Shown: positions 10,540 through 20,858, counted from the first letter of the stretch. The stretch is 64,000 nucleotides of DNA from Thermodesulfobacteriota bacterium (GCA_963675595.2 CAXXLZ010000002.1:2272001-2336000); one strand, 5' to 3'. Made by a program: numbers and translations. The notes: generated from the letters alone by a model not told the origin.

Positions 10540-11310
10540 TTGAGCGCTTTATCTCATGTTTTTTCACATCGAGGATTGTTCGTCACCGGAACGGATACCG
10601 GAGTCGGAAAAACCGTTGTATCCACTTTTCTTCTGGTCGGGCTGCGCGCCTCGGGAATTCGAGCGGGATATTTGAAGCCCGCCGCCACGGGGATCGACCC
10701 CTCCGACTCGATGGGTTTGCCCGAAGACCTGCAATTCGTTGCGGATCACACGCTTCTGGACTCTCCGGACCTGCGCTGCCCCTTGCAATTTCGAGCACCT
10801 CTGGCTCCCTGGATCGCCGGACGTCTGGAAGGCAAAGAAATCGATCCGGGCAGGATATTCGACGCTTGGAACCGACTGCGGGAGACGGATGAATTCTCCG
10901 TGGTGGAAGGAGCGGGGGGCGTGCTGGTTCCTCTCACCGAAAATTTTCTGATCATCGATCTTATGGGGCAAATGGGCCTGCCCGCTTTGGTGGTCTGCCG
11001 CCCGGCTTTGGGAACCATCAACCATACGCTGTTGACCCTGGAAGCGCTGGTCCGACGGAATATTCAGGTGGCGGGATTCGTCACAAGCGGCAGGGCGGAC
11101 CTTTCCGACCCGGCCGCCTCCACCAGCCCGGAGGCCATTGAAGCGTTTTCCGACGGAATTCCCTATCTGGGGCACGTCCCACCCCTGGACTCGGCGTCCC
11201 TCGACCCGAAAAGTCCGCATTTCCCATGGGAGACTTTCCATCGGATCACGTCCGAATTATCCATGAGCCTGACGTCCGTTCAAAGCGAAGAGAACGAGCA
11301 AGGGTCTTAG
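10540..11310 (+). CDS. bioD: Dethiobiotin synthase
   Basis: FVTGTDTGVGKT, KPAATG, VVEGAGG, LGTINHTLLT. Confidence 0.94.
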   Translation: MSALSHVFSHRGLFVTGTDTGVGKTVVSTFLLVGLRASGIRAGYLKPAATGIDPSDSMGLPEDLQFVADHTLLDSPDLRCPLQFRAPLAPWIAGRLEGKEIDPGRIFDAWNRLRETDEFSVVEGAGGVLVPLTENFLIIDLMGQMGLPALVVCRPALGTINHTLLTLEALVRRNIQVAGFVTSGRADLSDPAASTSPEAIEAFSDGIPYLGHVPPLDSASLDPKSPHFPWETFHRITSELSMSLTSVQSEENEQGS

Positions 11311-11398
11311 CAGCCTGCGGCAACCGGCCTTTTTCAGCGGGCTGTATAGGGACTCCGAAGAGATTGAAACAAGGGCTGCATGGCCCCGCAACTTCGGA

Positions 11399-11512
11399 TC
11401 AAAGGGCGTACCCCTTTAAGCGCTTGGATTCTCGTCCGAAAGGAATGCCGAGCTTGTCCATGCGGCTGCGAAGCGTGCTGGGATGGATGCCGAGTACCAC
11501 AGCCGCCCCGTT
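11399..11512 (-). pseudogene. Remnant C-terminal Fis-type HTH of a sigma-54-dependent activator
   Basis: Minus strand reads NGAAVVLGIHPSTLRSRMDKLGIPFGRESKRLKGYAL*; the AAA+ domain is missing. Confidence 0.75.
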
Positions 11513-11663
11513 TACCGGATATGTACACGATGTATTTGTGGAAAATCACGAAACCGTATCCATAGGGCAACCCATTATCTCTCTGGTCGATCTTTCCACC
11601 ATGGAAGTCGAATTGGGGCTCCCGGAAAATCTGTTGGGCCGGGTTTCCGCATTCAGGACATAC
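11505..11663 (+). pseudogene. Internal fragment of an RND membrane-fusion (adaptor) protein
   Basis: APFTGYVHDVFVENHETVSIGQPIISLVDLSTMEVELGLPE is the lipoyl-hybrid/beta-barrel segment of MFPs; no start codon or signal peptide. Confidence 0.75.
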
Positions 11664-12754
11664 ATGGACCACCTTCGGATTACAAGGTGGAGGCACGTTT
11701 CTCAGGGCCCGACCCTATGGTGTTGCGCAAGCCGGCGGAAAGTACCAAGCAAATCATGAGGGCGGAACCCTCTGCAAGATACGTTCTGGATGACTGGCGT
11801 CAGCGCGTGGCTGTGTGGAAACCCGTGTATTCCCAACAACGGGCAAGGAACGTCGGAGTGGAAAGGAAGGACGTGGCCTTTTCCATTCTGGGGGCAACCG
11901 ACGGTGCGCCCGTAGCAACCTTTCGGCAAGGGGATGAATTGATTCCCGTGCTCATCCGATCCTCGGCAGCGGACGGTTCCAGGGTGCCGTCGCAAGAAGC
12001 CACCCCGGTCCGGGGTTCGGGCCCGACCGCCGTGCCCTTGGGTCAGGTCACCAATTATTCGGGACTTTCCTGGGAAGACCCCATTGTCCGGCGCCATGAT
12101 CGTCGCCGGGCCGTCACCGTGCAATGCGATACCTCGGACGTGACCTCCAATACCTTGCTCGATCGATTACGGCCCCGGATCGAGGCGATCCCCTTGCCCA
12201 CGGGTTACACACTGGATTGGGCCGACGACTATGGGCTTTCGGTCGAGGGAAACGCGGGGGTTCGGAAATTCCTGCCCACGACGCTCTTCATGATGTTTTT
12301 CATCCTGGTGGTGATGTTCAACGGCTTTCGCCAACCCCTCATTATCGCGCTGGTGGTGCCCCTGGCCCTCATCGGCATGGTGGTCGGACTCCTTGTGACG
12401 GACCTGCCTTTCGGTTTCCTTGCGCTTCTGGGGGCATACAGCCTCTTTGGAATGCTCATCAAAAACGCGGTGGTATTGCTGGATCAGATCGAGTTCATTA
12501 TCAACAGCGGCAAAGCTCCCTATGAAGCGGTGGTGGAATCTTCCGTGAGTCGCCTGCGGCCGGTGGCCATGGCCTCGGCCACCACTATTTTCGGCATGGC
12601 CCCTCTGTTGACGGACGCCATGTTCGCATCCATGGCCGTGACCATCATGTTCGGTCTAGCCTTTGCCACGGTATTGACGCTGGTGGTGGTGCCGGTCTTG
12701 TAGACTTTGTTCTTCCGGATACAAACCCGGCGCGTCGGATTGGAAATAATATAG
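11660..12754 (+). pseudogene. C-terminal third of an AcrB-family RND permease
   Basis: ARFSGPDP..LR, RHDRRRAVTVQ, LIKNAVVLLDQI, SRLRPVAM, IMFGLAFATVLTLVVVPVL*TLFFRI. About 360 of the usual ~1000 aa; TAG at 12701 replaces the expected Tyr. Confidence 0.85.
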
Positions 12755-12982
12755 GAGCTGAGGCGGCATGTCTTTCGAGCAAATAAGACGGTAGCTGAAA
12801 ATCATTCCGGTCGGGCTTTTCGTGCTTCTCGGGGGAGCGCCATGCATCGCCCCGGAACCCCGAGCCGGAGGCGAGGGTAGGAAACCTCCGCCGTCCTTTT
12901 GACATGATCGATCGACGGTTTCCACTTCTTGTGCATCCCCGCGAGCGCTGCTCGAAGGCCGACGGGGACGCGAAAAATCGTC

Positions 12983-14311
12983 TCACCCGCCGAGTACTCT
13001 TCCCCAAACCCCACCCCGGCTCACATCGAGAATACGCACGGGAACCAATTCGTTGAGCAACGAATCCCGCCCGTCGATCTCGACGTAAACGTATTCATCC
13101 GTATATCCCGCGAGTCTCATCTCCGGTCCGTTCCTTCGTTCCTCCACCAGTAGGCGCGACTCCTTACCCAGCCAGGAGCGGTGGAAGGCGGCCCGTTTTT
13201 CGTGACCCAGACGCCGGAGAACGGCGCTTCGTTCTTTCTTCTCCCTGGGCGGGACTTGGTGAGGCATGTTCGCTGCGGGTGTCCCTTCGCGTTTGGAATA
13301 GGAAAAAACGTGAAGATAGGAAATCGGGAGCCCACGTATGAAATTCACCGTATTCTCGAATCTTGCATCGGTTTCACCCGGAAATCCCACGATGACGTCG
13401 GCGCCCACCGCAGCTCCCGGCATGGCTTTCTTGATTTTGCGAACGACCCGTTCATATGCTGCGGGGCCGTAATGGCGATTCATTTTTCGGAGAATTTCCG
13501 GATCCCCGCTCTGCAGAGGAACATGGAAATGCCCCACCAGATTTCGGCGCTGGGAAACCAGTTCTATAAGGCCATCGGTGACTTCCAGGGGCTCGACGGA
13601 ACTGAGCCGGATTCTCGGCCCATCGCCCGGCCGGGTTTGCAATTCCAGCAGGTCCGCTAAATCAAGGGGCGGATCCAAGTCTTTTCCGTATCTACCCAAG
13701 TGAATTCCCGTCAGGACGACTTCCCGGACCCCTTGAGCGGCGAGCCCTTCGATTCCCCGAATCACCGTTTCCGGAGGAAGGCTCCTAGACGGTCCCCGCG
13801 TCTTCGGCACCACGCAATAGGAACAGAAGGCTTGGCAACCGTCCTGGATTCTCAGGAACGCCCGAGTGCGGCTCGAAGGAGGCAAAGAACACAAATCCGC
13901 CGGCGGAAGTCCGGAATAAATTCCGCCCACGTGCGTCGAAGGCTCCGTCGATGTTTCCAGGTCTTTCACCCACTCGTGGATTTGGAGTTTTTCCGTATTC
14001 CCGAGCACAAGGGCGACCCCCGGCAGCTCGGCGATTTCGCCTGGAAGGAGTTCCGCGTAGCAGCCCGCCACCACGATCTGTGCTTTCGGGGAGGTCCTGG
14101 CCAAGCGCTTGACGGCGCGCCGAGATTCGGCTTCCGCCTTTCCGGTAACCACGCAGGTATTCACAACGGCCAAGTCCGTCGGTTCTTCAGGAAATCCCAC
14201 GGACACCTGATACCCGCATTCCTCCAATCGACGAATCAGATGGGCGGACTCGTTCTGGTTGACTTTGCATCCCAGGGTAATTACACAGGCTTTGTTTTTC
14301 GGTATGGTCAT
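12983..14311 (-). CDS. mtaB: tRNA t6A37 methylthiotransferase (radical SAM)
   Basis: TLGCKVNQNES, VNTCVVT, CQAFCSYC, HVPLQSG, DVIVGFPGET, HVFSYSKREGT. Start could extend to 14344. Confidence 0.92.
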   Translation of the reverse strand: MTIPKNKACVITLGCKVNQNESAHLIRRLEECGYQVSVGFPEEPTDLAVVNTCVVTGKAEAESRRAVKRLARTSPKAQIVVAGCYAELLPGEIAELPGVALVLGNTEKLQIHEWVKDLETSTEPSTHVGGIYSGLPPADLCSLPPSSRTRAFLRIQDGCQAFCSYCVVPKTRGPSRSLPPETVIRGIEGLAAQGVREVVLTGIHLGRYGKDLDPPLDLADLLELQTRPGDGPRIRLSSVEPLEVTDGLIELVSQRRNLVGHFHVPLQSGDPEILRKMNRHYGPAAYERVVRKIKKAMPGAAVGADVIVGFPGETDARFENTVNFIRGLPISYLHVFSYSKREGTPAANMPHQVPPREKKERSAVLRRLGHEKRAAFHRSWLGKESRLLVEERRNGPEMRLAGYTDEYVYVEIDGRDSLLNELVPVRILDVSRGGVWGRVLGG

Positions 14312-14410
14312 ATGCAATGCGTCGCCGTGACCGACTTCGTCCAAGGCTCTTTCCCCTGCCCACGGTGAAAACGCCTCCCGTTCACTCGGCCAAACGTCCT
14401 TCTCGGTTGT

Positions 14411-15538
14411 CTATTCTTGCTCTCGCGGGCGGACAATGAAGCCTCCCCCAAGCACCTCGTCGCCCAGATGAAACACCGCGGACTGCCCCGGAGTCGCGGC
14501 CCGTTGAGGCTGCTCGAACACCACCCGCACTTTCCCGCTTCTCCCACACGGGACGATCTCGGCCGGCGCCGCACGGTGACGGTATCTGATTTTGACTTCG
14601 CAGCGTACGCGCTCACCGACGAACTCGGATCGAATCCAGTGAATGTCGTTTACCAAGGCCTCGGCAGTTGAGAGTTCCTCGTTTCTTCCCAACACCACAC
14701 GATTGCTCTCGAAATCGATGGACAACACGTAGTAGGGTTCCGTCGATGGAATGCCCAAACCTCGCCGTTGGCCCACGGTATAGTGATGGATTCCGCGATG
14801 CCTGCCTATGACCGAGCCGTCCCGCAAGACAAAATCTCCCGGCGGGGGCAATACCCTTCCGAACTCCTCGATCAAACGACGGTAGTCGCCACCGCCGGCA
14901 AAGCAGAACTCGACACTCTCGTTCCGGACCAGGGACCGCAATCCCCATTTCTCGGCCAACGCCCGCACTTGGGCCTTGGTGTAGTCTCCTAAGGGAAACA
15001 GGCAGGCGGAAAGCTGCTCTCGTGATAAACGGTGCAGGAAGTAAGACTGATCCTTGCCGGAGTCAACACCTTTGAATAAACGAGGTCCTTCGGAATCCGA
15101 TCCTTCCTCTACGCGGGCATAGTGGCCTGAGGCAATCCGATCGATCCCTTCCGATGACACCCATTGGAGTAGTTTGCCGAACTTGACGAGCGGATTGCAT
15201 ACCACACAGGGATTGGGAGTGAGCCCTTTAAGATATTCCCGAACGAAGTAGGACAGAACCTCCGATCGGAAAAGAGAGCGATAATCCAGCACGGTGAGGG
15301 GTAGATCAAGCGCCTCGGCCAACCGTACGACACTCGAAACATCCGAGTCCCGCCCGTGGTCCCCCGTCTCTCCCATGAGCAAATGGACGGCACGAATCTC
15401 GTAGCCCGCCTGCTTGAGCAGGACGGCGGCCACGGCGCTGTCGACACCGCCGCTGAGCGCCACGGCGACGGATTCACTCCGTGGAAAACGGCACCCAACT
15501 CGGTGGCGTCGCGTCGGTTGCGAAGAATGAAGAATCAT
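14411..15538 (-). CDS. mnmA: tRNA-specific 2-thiouridylase
   Basis: SGGVDS, TPNPCVVCN, SGHYAR, KDQSYFL, YTVGQRRGLG, TPGQSAVF. Exact start uncertain. Confidence 0.95.
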   Translation of the reverse strand: MILHSSQPTRRHRVGCRFPRSESVAVALSGGVDSAVAAVLLKQAGYEIRAVHLLMGETGDHGRDSDVSSVVRLAEALDLPLTVLDYRSLFRSEVLSYFVREYLKGLTPNPCVVCNPLVKFGKLLQWVSSEGIDRIASGHYARVEEGSDSEGPRLFKGVDSGKDQSYFLHRLSREQLSACLFPLGDYTKAQVRALAEKWGLRSLVRNESVEFCFAGGGDYRRLIEEFGRVLPPPGDFVLRDGSVIGRHRGIHHYTVGQRRGLGIPSTEPYYVLSIDFESNRVVLGRNEELSTAEALVNDIHWIRSEFVGERVRCEVKIRYRHRAAPAEIVPCGRSGKVRVVFEQPQRAATPGQSAVFHLGDEVLGGGFIVRPREQE

Positions 15539-15653
15539 GGGTTCGTCTGCCGGAGGAATGAAATACCGGAGGGTAACAAGAAAAGCAGCAGAACCGCCCT
15601 GGAGCGGGAAGTCTCAACGCCGCGGCGACTCCCCCGTAAATGGGGAGTAGGCG

Positions 15654-16601
15654 CTATTTTCGGGCTTCCTTGAGTACCACCGAATATCCCAGCCGCTTGA
15701 GTTTGGTCGATACTCTGCTCGCCTCCGCTCGACCGCCGTAGGGCCCCACCCAGGCGAAGTGAAGCCTTCCGGAAATCGTCGAGTCGGTGTTCACATCGGC
15801 CGGGAAACCCTGTTTCTTGAGGGTGTCAACCATGCCCACGGCGTTGTCCTTCACTCGAAAAGCACCCACTTGAACATACCAGGAAGGTGTCGGGGCGGGT
15901 TCCGTCCGCACTTCGGCCGCCGGTGGAGGGGATTCGGGCACCTTGGCTGTTCTCACCTCCTGCTTGGCTTCCGCGGGTTCGGCAACGGTTTCAACGGTCT
16001 TTTCGGATGACTTCTTTTCGGACTCTTCTGAAACCGTCACGTCGCCTTTCTCGTTAACCGGTTCTTCTTGGGAAGGCGACGACTTGACTTCATTCGAGCT
16101 CGCCGAAACCGTTTCCGGCCGGGATGGAGCCAAGGCGTCCATCCTTTCCGAAGTCAGGGATTCGGTACCCGTCGACTCCGCCTCGGCCGGGCCGGACTCT
16201 TCGCCGGCCGTTTCGCGATCGCTGTTCCCGTCGATTCGAACATAGGTGGACGAAGGGGACTGTTTGACCTGTCCGAACAGGTCTCGTTCCGAAGTAAGCG
16301 GTCTTTCGGGTTCACTTGGGGCGGTGTTTTCCTCGCCTTGCATCACCGCCGTTTGAGACGGTTCGACGCGTTCGCTTTGCATGTTTCCGGACCCAAAGGG
16401 ATTCAGCAGATAGACGACCGCCGCGATAACGAGAATCACCAGAACCGCCAGACCGATAATCCACTTGTAAAGGTGGGCGCGAATATCCGATCCGAGCCCG
16501 GGGGCCGGTTCATCGTCGTACTCTTCGAACTCGTCTTCCAACTCTTCGCCGTCGAACGTAAGCCTGCCGTCCGACAAGTCGTCCTTATCTTCCATGCTCA
16601 T
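15654..16601 (-). CDS. SPOR-domain bitopic membrane protein (FtsN/DedD-like architecture)
   Basis: Acidic N-terminus, single TM (WIIGLAVLVILVIAAVVYLL), long E/S/P-rich linker, C-terminal WYVQVGAF...NA...VGPY. Confidence 0.85.
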   Translation of the reverse strand: MSMEDKDDLSDGRLTFDGEELEDEFEEYDDEPAPGLGSDIRAHLYKWIIGLAVLVILVIAAVVYLLNPFGSGNMQSERVEPSQTAVMQGEENTAPSEPERPLTSERDLFGQVKQSPSSTYVRIDGNSDRETAGEESGPAEAESTGTESLTSERMDALAPSRPETVSASSNEVKSSPSQEEPVNEKGDVTVSEESEKKSSEKTVETVAEPAEAKQEVRTAKVPESPPPAAEVRTEPAPTPSWYVQVGAFRVKDNAVGMVDTLKKQGFPADVNTDSTISGRLHFAWVGPYGGRAEASRVSTKLKRLGYSVVLKEARK

Positions 16602-16716
16602 ATCTTCTGCCGTCCATTCAATTGGGTTCGACGCCGTGCTTTGATTTCCCGCCGACCCTCATGCCCGGCACGCCCGGGATTGACGCTTCCCCCGGTGCGA
16701 CCGGTTGTGCCCGAAA

Positions 16717-17898
16717 TCAGCCGACCGCTTCCATGGCTCTTTTGAAGCCGGGGCCCGCTCCTTCGATGGTTCGATCGTCCACGCAGTACGCCAAGCGAAA
16801 ATATCCCGGTCCCCCGAATCCTCGACCGGGAACCGCAAGGATGTTCTCCTTCTGCAATTCCCTGACAAAGGCCACTTCATCTTCAAGAGGAGACTTGGGG
16901 AAAAGGTAGAATGCACCCTCGGGTTTATGGAACTTGTAACCGGCGTCTTCCAGAACTGCGGACAATAGATCCCGCTTCCTCTGATAAACGCCCACGTCCA
17001 CGCTAAAGCCCTGAAGGCGCCCGACGACCCGTTGCATCAGCGCGGGTGCGTTGACGAATCCAAGAATGCGGTTGGCCAGCACCGCACTGTCCATCAGGTC
17101 CTTTCCCTCGCCGGCTTCCGGGTGAACCGCCAGGAATCCGATCCGCTCTCCGGGAAGAGACAGGTCTTTGCTGTAGGAGGTCACCACCATACTGCTCTTG
17201 TAGGACTGAAAGGGACTGGGAACTTCCAGGCCGTCGTAGACGATTTTGCGGTAGGGCTCATCGGAAATCAAATAAATGGTCCGTCCGGCTTCCGCGCTCT
17301 TGGCTTCGAGCAAACGGCCTAAGGCGTCGAGCTCGGATTTTGCGTACACCTTGCCGGTGGGATTGTTGGGAGAATTGATCAGGACGGCCGCCGTCTTGGG
17401 AGTGACGGCTTTTTCCAGGGCATCCAGGTCCATGGAGAAATCGTCCAGAGTCGGAACTGTGACGGCCTGAGCTCCGTGGTTATCCGCATAAAAAGTGTAC
17501 TCAACGAAATACGGTCGAAACGTAAGGATTTCATCACCCGGATTCACCAGGGCTTTAATGGCTACGTTCAACGCGCCGGCGGCGCCGCAAGTCATGATCA
17601 CATTTTCCGGTCCGAAACTCACCCCGTGGGTTTGCTTTAAATGTTCGGCCACGGCCGAGCGTGTCTCCACATAGCCCGCGTTGGGCATGTACCCGTGGCT
17701 GCCGGTTTGCGGCCGGTCGACGACTTCCCGAATGGCCTGGTCGAACACGGGCGGAGGCTCCATGTTGGGATTCCCCAAACTGAAATCGAACACATTCTCC
17801 GCACCATACTGAGCCTTCATTTTCGCCCCTTCTTCGAACATCTTTCGAATCCAGGACGACTGCTCCAGGAACTGCTTCATCTTGCGCGCGACCGCCAT
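16717..17898 (-). CDS. PLP-dependent class I/II (aspartate-type) aminotransferase
   Basis: FDFSLGNP, INSPNNPTG, SDEPYR, SYSKDLSLPGERIG, PEGAFY. Confidence 0.92.
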   Translation of the reverse strand: MAVARKMKQFLEQSSWIRKMFEEGAKMKAQYGAENVFDFSLGNPNMEPPPVFDQAIREVVDRPQTGSHGYMPNAGYVETRSAVAEHLKQTHGVSFGPENVIMTCGAAGALNVAIKALVNPGDEILTFRPYFVEYTFYADNHGAQAVTVPTLDDFSMDLDALEKAVTPKTAAVLINSPNNPTGKVYAKSELDALGRLLEAKSAEAGRTIYLISDEPYRKIVYDGLEVPSPFQSYKSSMVVTSYSKDLSLPGERIGFLAVHPEAGEGKDLMDSAVLANRILGFVNAPALMQRVVGRLQGFSVDVGVYQRKRDLLSAVLEDAGYKFHKPEGAFYLFPKSPLEDEVAFVRELQKENILAVPGRGFGGPGYFRLAYCVDDRTIEGAGPGFKRAMEAVG

Positions 17899-18181
17899 TC
17901 CATCTCCTCCGCAATCACAATCCGGTAACCCGACCGGCTCGTCTTCGAGCCGAGCCTTCTCCGTAAGCCCTACCGCTGCACCGTTTTCTCACCTTCAGCC
18001 AAGGACGATTCGAGCTGTAACCTAACACAAAGCTCTTTTGTGACGCAAGTAAACCACAATTGTTGATAAACACCTCTCCCTTGGAATAGAATGAACGTCG
18101 ATCACGTCTCCGGTGCCGGCTACTCGGACTCGAGGAGTTCTCCAGAGCCTACTTCCCACCCCGTACTAGGTAACATTCCCA

Positions 18182-20845
18182 ATGCCTCCAAGAGAGTTTT
18201 TTAAGTTAAAAGTGGGCCCGGGGGTCGAGAAGGCCCTTCAAAAGGTGGGCGTCCCCAGAAAGAGAGCCTTCAAACCCGACGCTTTCCAGTTGGAAGCCGT
18301 GGAGAAACTACGGGAAAGCGACGTACTGGTTTCCGCGCCGACCGGAGCCGGCAAGACCTGGATTGCGGCTCAAGCCATGGAAGAGCGTCTCGATCAGGGA
18401 GGAGTCACATGGTATGCTTCTCCCCTGAAAGCTTTGTCCAATGCCAAGTACAGGGAATTCCAGGATCAATTCGGTCCGTCGAACGTGGGGATTCTCACGG
18501 GCGATCGAAAGGAGAACACCTCGGCGCCCATCCTCATCGGCACCACCGAGATTTTCCGGAATCGCCTTTACGACGCCATGCACCGTGGGGAAAACCTGCA
18601 CCTCAATCTGGTCATTCTGGACGAAGCACATTATCTCGGGGACCCGGACCGAGGCATGGTATGGGAAGAAATCCTGATTTACCTGCCTTCCAGAATCCGC
18701 CTGCTGCTCCTGTCCGCCACTATTTCCAACGCCGAACAAATCGCGGAATGGCTCATTGCCTTGAGAGGCAATTCCACTTCGGTGGTCAAGTGGGACAAGC
18801 GTCCCGTCCCCTTGTTCAGCCTGTTCCTGTTTCCGGACGGAGAACTCGAGCCCTTGCTCGAACGAGGCAGGCTGTCCGCCCGGATCCGAAAGTTTGAAGA
18901 ATCCCGCAAAAGCAACCGGTTTCGGTCGCCACTCAAGCCCATCCCCCTTTGGAGGGTCCTCTCCGTATTGCGGGAACTCCATCTGACGCCGGCCATTTTT
19001 TTCCTCAAATCCCGCTCCGACTGCAACATGGCAATATCACAATGTTTCCCCCCGAAAGACGAAGGGGACGGAAAACAGGCGCGATTCGAGAAGGCTTTGG
19101 ACGAGCTGTTGCGGGAAATGCCCTTTCTTGAAAACTATCCTCAACTGGCGGACTTGCGCAAAGCTCGTGTGGCTTCACATCATGGAGGCCAGTTGCCGTA
19201 TTGGAAGCTGCTGGTGGAAAGTCTGATGAAAGAGGGGCACCTCGACGCCATATTCGCGACATCCACGGTGGCGGCGGGGGTCAATTTTCCAGCCCGCACG
19301 GTGGGTTTCATGAACAGCGACCGGTTCAACGGTCGGACTTTTCAGAATCTTACCAGCACGGAACTGCACCAGATGCTCGGCAGGGCGGGGCGACGAGGTA
19401 TGGACCGCATCGGTTTCGCTCTGGTCCTCCCCGGACCTTACCAGAGGCCGGCCCTGGTCGCGGAACTGCTTAAGTCCGAGCCCGAACCGATCATGAGTCA
19501 AATGCGGGTCAGTTTCTCCATGGCCTTGAACATTCTACTTTCCCATGCGCCCGAAGAAGCCCGCGAACTGCTCCGTCAATCATTGTATTTGTATCAAAAC
19601 GCATCGGAGCTCCAAGAGCTGGAGGAAGAGCTAGACGCCCTGTTGGAGGAGCTGGATGACGGTATGCTCCACCCCAGGTGCGGAAGTCTTAAGGAAGCCC
19701 TGCGACTCATGGAGAAACAGCAGGAACTCACGCATCTGGAAAGATATCTGAAACGAAAAATCAAAGGAGACCGTCTCGAATGGTTCCGGCGGTCCCATCT
19801 CGTGCCCGGACGCGTCTTTTTCAGCCGAAAAAGAAAACGATATTGCGTGGTCGATCCTCCGGATCTTAGAGAGGGGAACCTCTTCAGGGCCACACCCCTC
19901 ACCCAGGGAGCAAGACCGAAGAAGGGACGGCTCAAGCTCCGGGAATTCGACATTCGCCGCATCGGGGTGTTGCTGGACAAAGTCGTGGATTTGTCACCGG
20001 AGATCAAGGCGGACCAAGCGACCGACCATATCCGGTCGGCCGCCGACCTAAACTACCCGACCCTCTCCATGAGTGCCCCGCTGCACACTTATTATGCGGA
20101 AAAGATGAATCGGATGGAGGGGGAGCTGAAGGAGGCGAGAGACGCGCTGAAACGCCTTCCGTGCGAGGAGTGCGGGCACAAGGAGCTATGCCATGGGTAC
20201 GACGATGTGGATTGGAAGAACCGCAGCGCCCAGGCCGGCTTCTTGCTCAAGCGAATCGACGCCCAAAAAGAGCAGGTCTGGCTGGACTTCAAGCGCCACC
20301 TGGAATTCATGCAGGAAAAACACTTCGTGGACGGTCAGGGCCGCCTGACGGAAGACGGCTTGTGGGCGGCACGACTGAGGCTGGACCACCCCCTGCTGAT
20401 TGCGGAGGGCATCCGTAAAGGCGCCTTCCATTCCGAAAACCCGGCGGTCCTCTGCGGACTCGTCGCGGTTTTCATCTGGGAACGCACGGCGGATTCGGAC
20501 CTGCCCCAGGGGTGGGTGCAGGGAGACGAAGAGCTTTTCGACGCCTTTGAGAATTTGGCGGACCTGACGTTGGAGTTCAAGGAAGCGTTGGAGCAAGCGG
20601 GATTTTCGACCCCTCGTTTCCAGTATCGTCCTGCCGCCACCTTGTTCTCTTGGGCGTCGGGAGCCACCTGGGAAGAGATCGTCTACCTCTCCGACCTCGA
20701 CGAAGGGGACTTGGCCATGATGATCTACCGAACGGCCGACAACCTGAGACAGCTTGCGGACCTAAAAGACTCCCATCCCGAACTGGCCGCCCTGGCCGCA
20801 TACGGGGCCCATCTCATCCTTCGGGAACCCGTTCTTCCTTACTAA
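18182..20845 (+). CDS. Ski2/HelY-like SF2 RNA helicase
   Basis: APTGAGKT, PLKALSNAKY, GILTGD, DEAH, LSAT, HHGG, TSTVAAGVNFPARTV, QMLGRAGRRG; C-terminal DSHCT-like WASGA.W...DEGDL. Confidence 0.9.
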   Translation: MPPREFFKLKVGPGVEKALQKVGVPRKRAFKPDAFQLEAVEKLRESDVLVSAPTGAGKTWIAAQAMEERLDQGGVTWYASPLKALSNAKYREFQDQFGPSNVGILTGDRKENTSAPILIGTTEIFRNRLYDAMHRGENLHLNLVILDEAHYLGDPDRGMVWEEILIYLPSRIRLLLLSATISNAEQIAEWLIALRGNSTSVVKWDKRPVPLFSLFLFPDGELEPLLERGRLSARIRKFEESRKSNRFRSPLKPIPLWRVLSVLRELHLTPAIFFLKSRSDCNMAISQCFPPKDEGDGKQARFEKALDELLREMPFLENYPQLADLRKARVASHHGGQLPYWKLLVESLMKEGHLDAIFATSTVAAGVNFPARTVGFMNSDRFNGRTFQNLTSTELHQMLGRAGRRGMDRIGFALVLPGPYQRPALVAELLKSEPEPIMSQMRVSFSMALNILLSHAPEEARELLRQSLYLYQNASELQELEEELDALLEELDDGMLHPRCGSLKEALRLMEKQQELTHLERYLKRKIKGDRLEWFRRSHLVPGRVFFSRKRKRYCVVDPPDLREGNLFRATPLTQGARPKKGRLKLREFDIRRIGVLLDKVVDLSPEIKADQATDHIRSAADLNYPTLSMSAPLHTYYAEKMNRMEGELKEARDALKRLPCEECGHKELCHGYDDVDWKNRSAQAGFLLKRIDAQKEQVWLDFKRHLEFMQEKHFVDGQGRLTEDGLWAARLRLDHPLLIAEGIRKGAFHSENPAVLCGLVAVFIWERTADSDLPQGWVQGDEELFDAFENLADLTLEFKEALEQAGFSTPRFQYRPAATLFSWASGATWEEIVYLSDLDEGDLAMMIYRTADNLRQLADLKDSHPELAALAAYGAHLILREPVLPY

Positions 20846-20858
20846 GACACGTCGATGG

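Noticed and set aside
12701-12703. In-frame TAG in the RND fragment as possible pyrrolysine or readthrough codon
   Set aside because: It sits where Tyr is expected (one substitution away) in a gene already missing two-thirds of its length; no pyl genes are in the window.
18182-20845. Helicase as part of an anti-phage defence system
   Set aside because: It is flanked by metabolic genes with no nuclease, methylase, toxin or mobile-element context.
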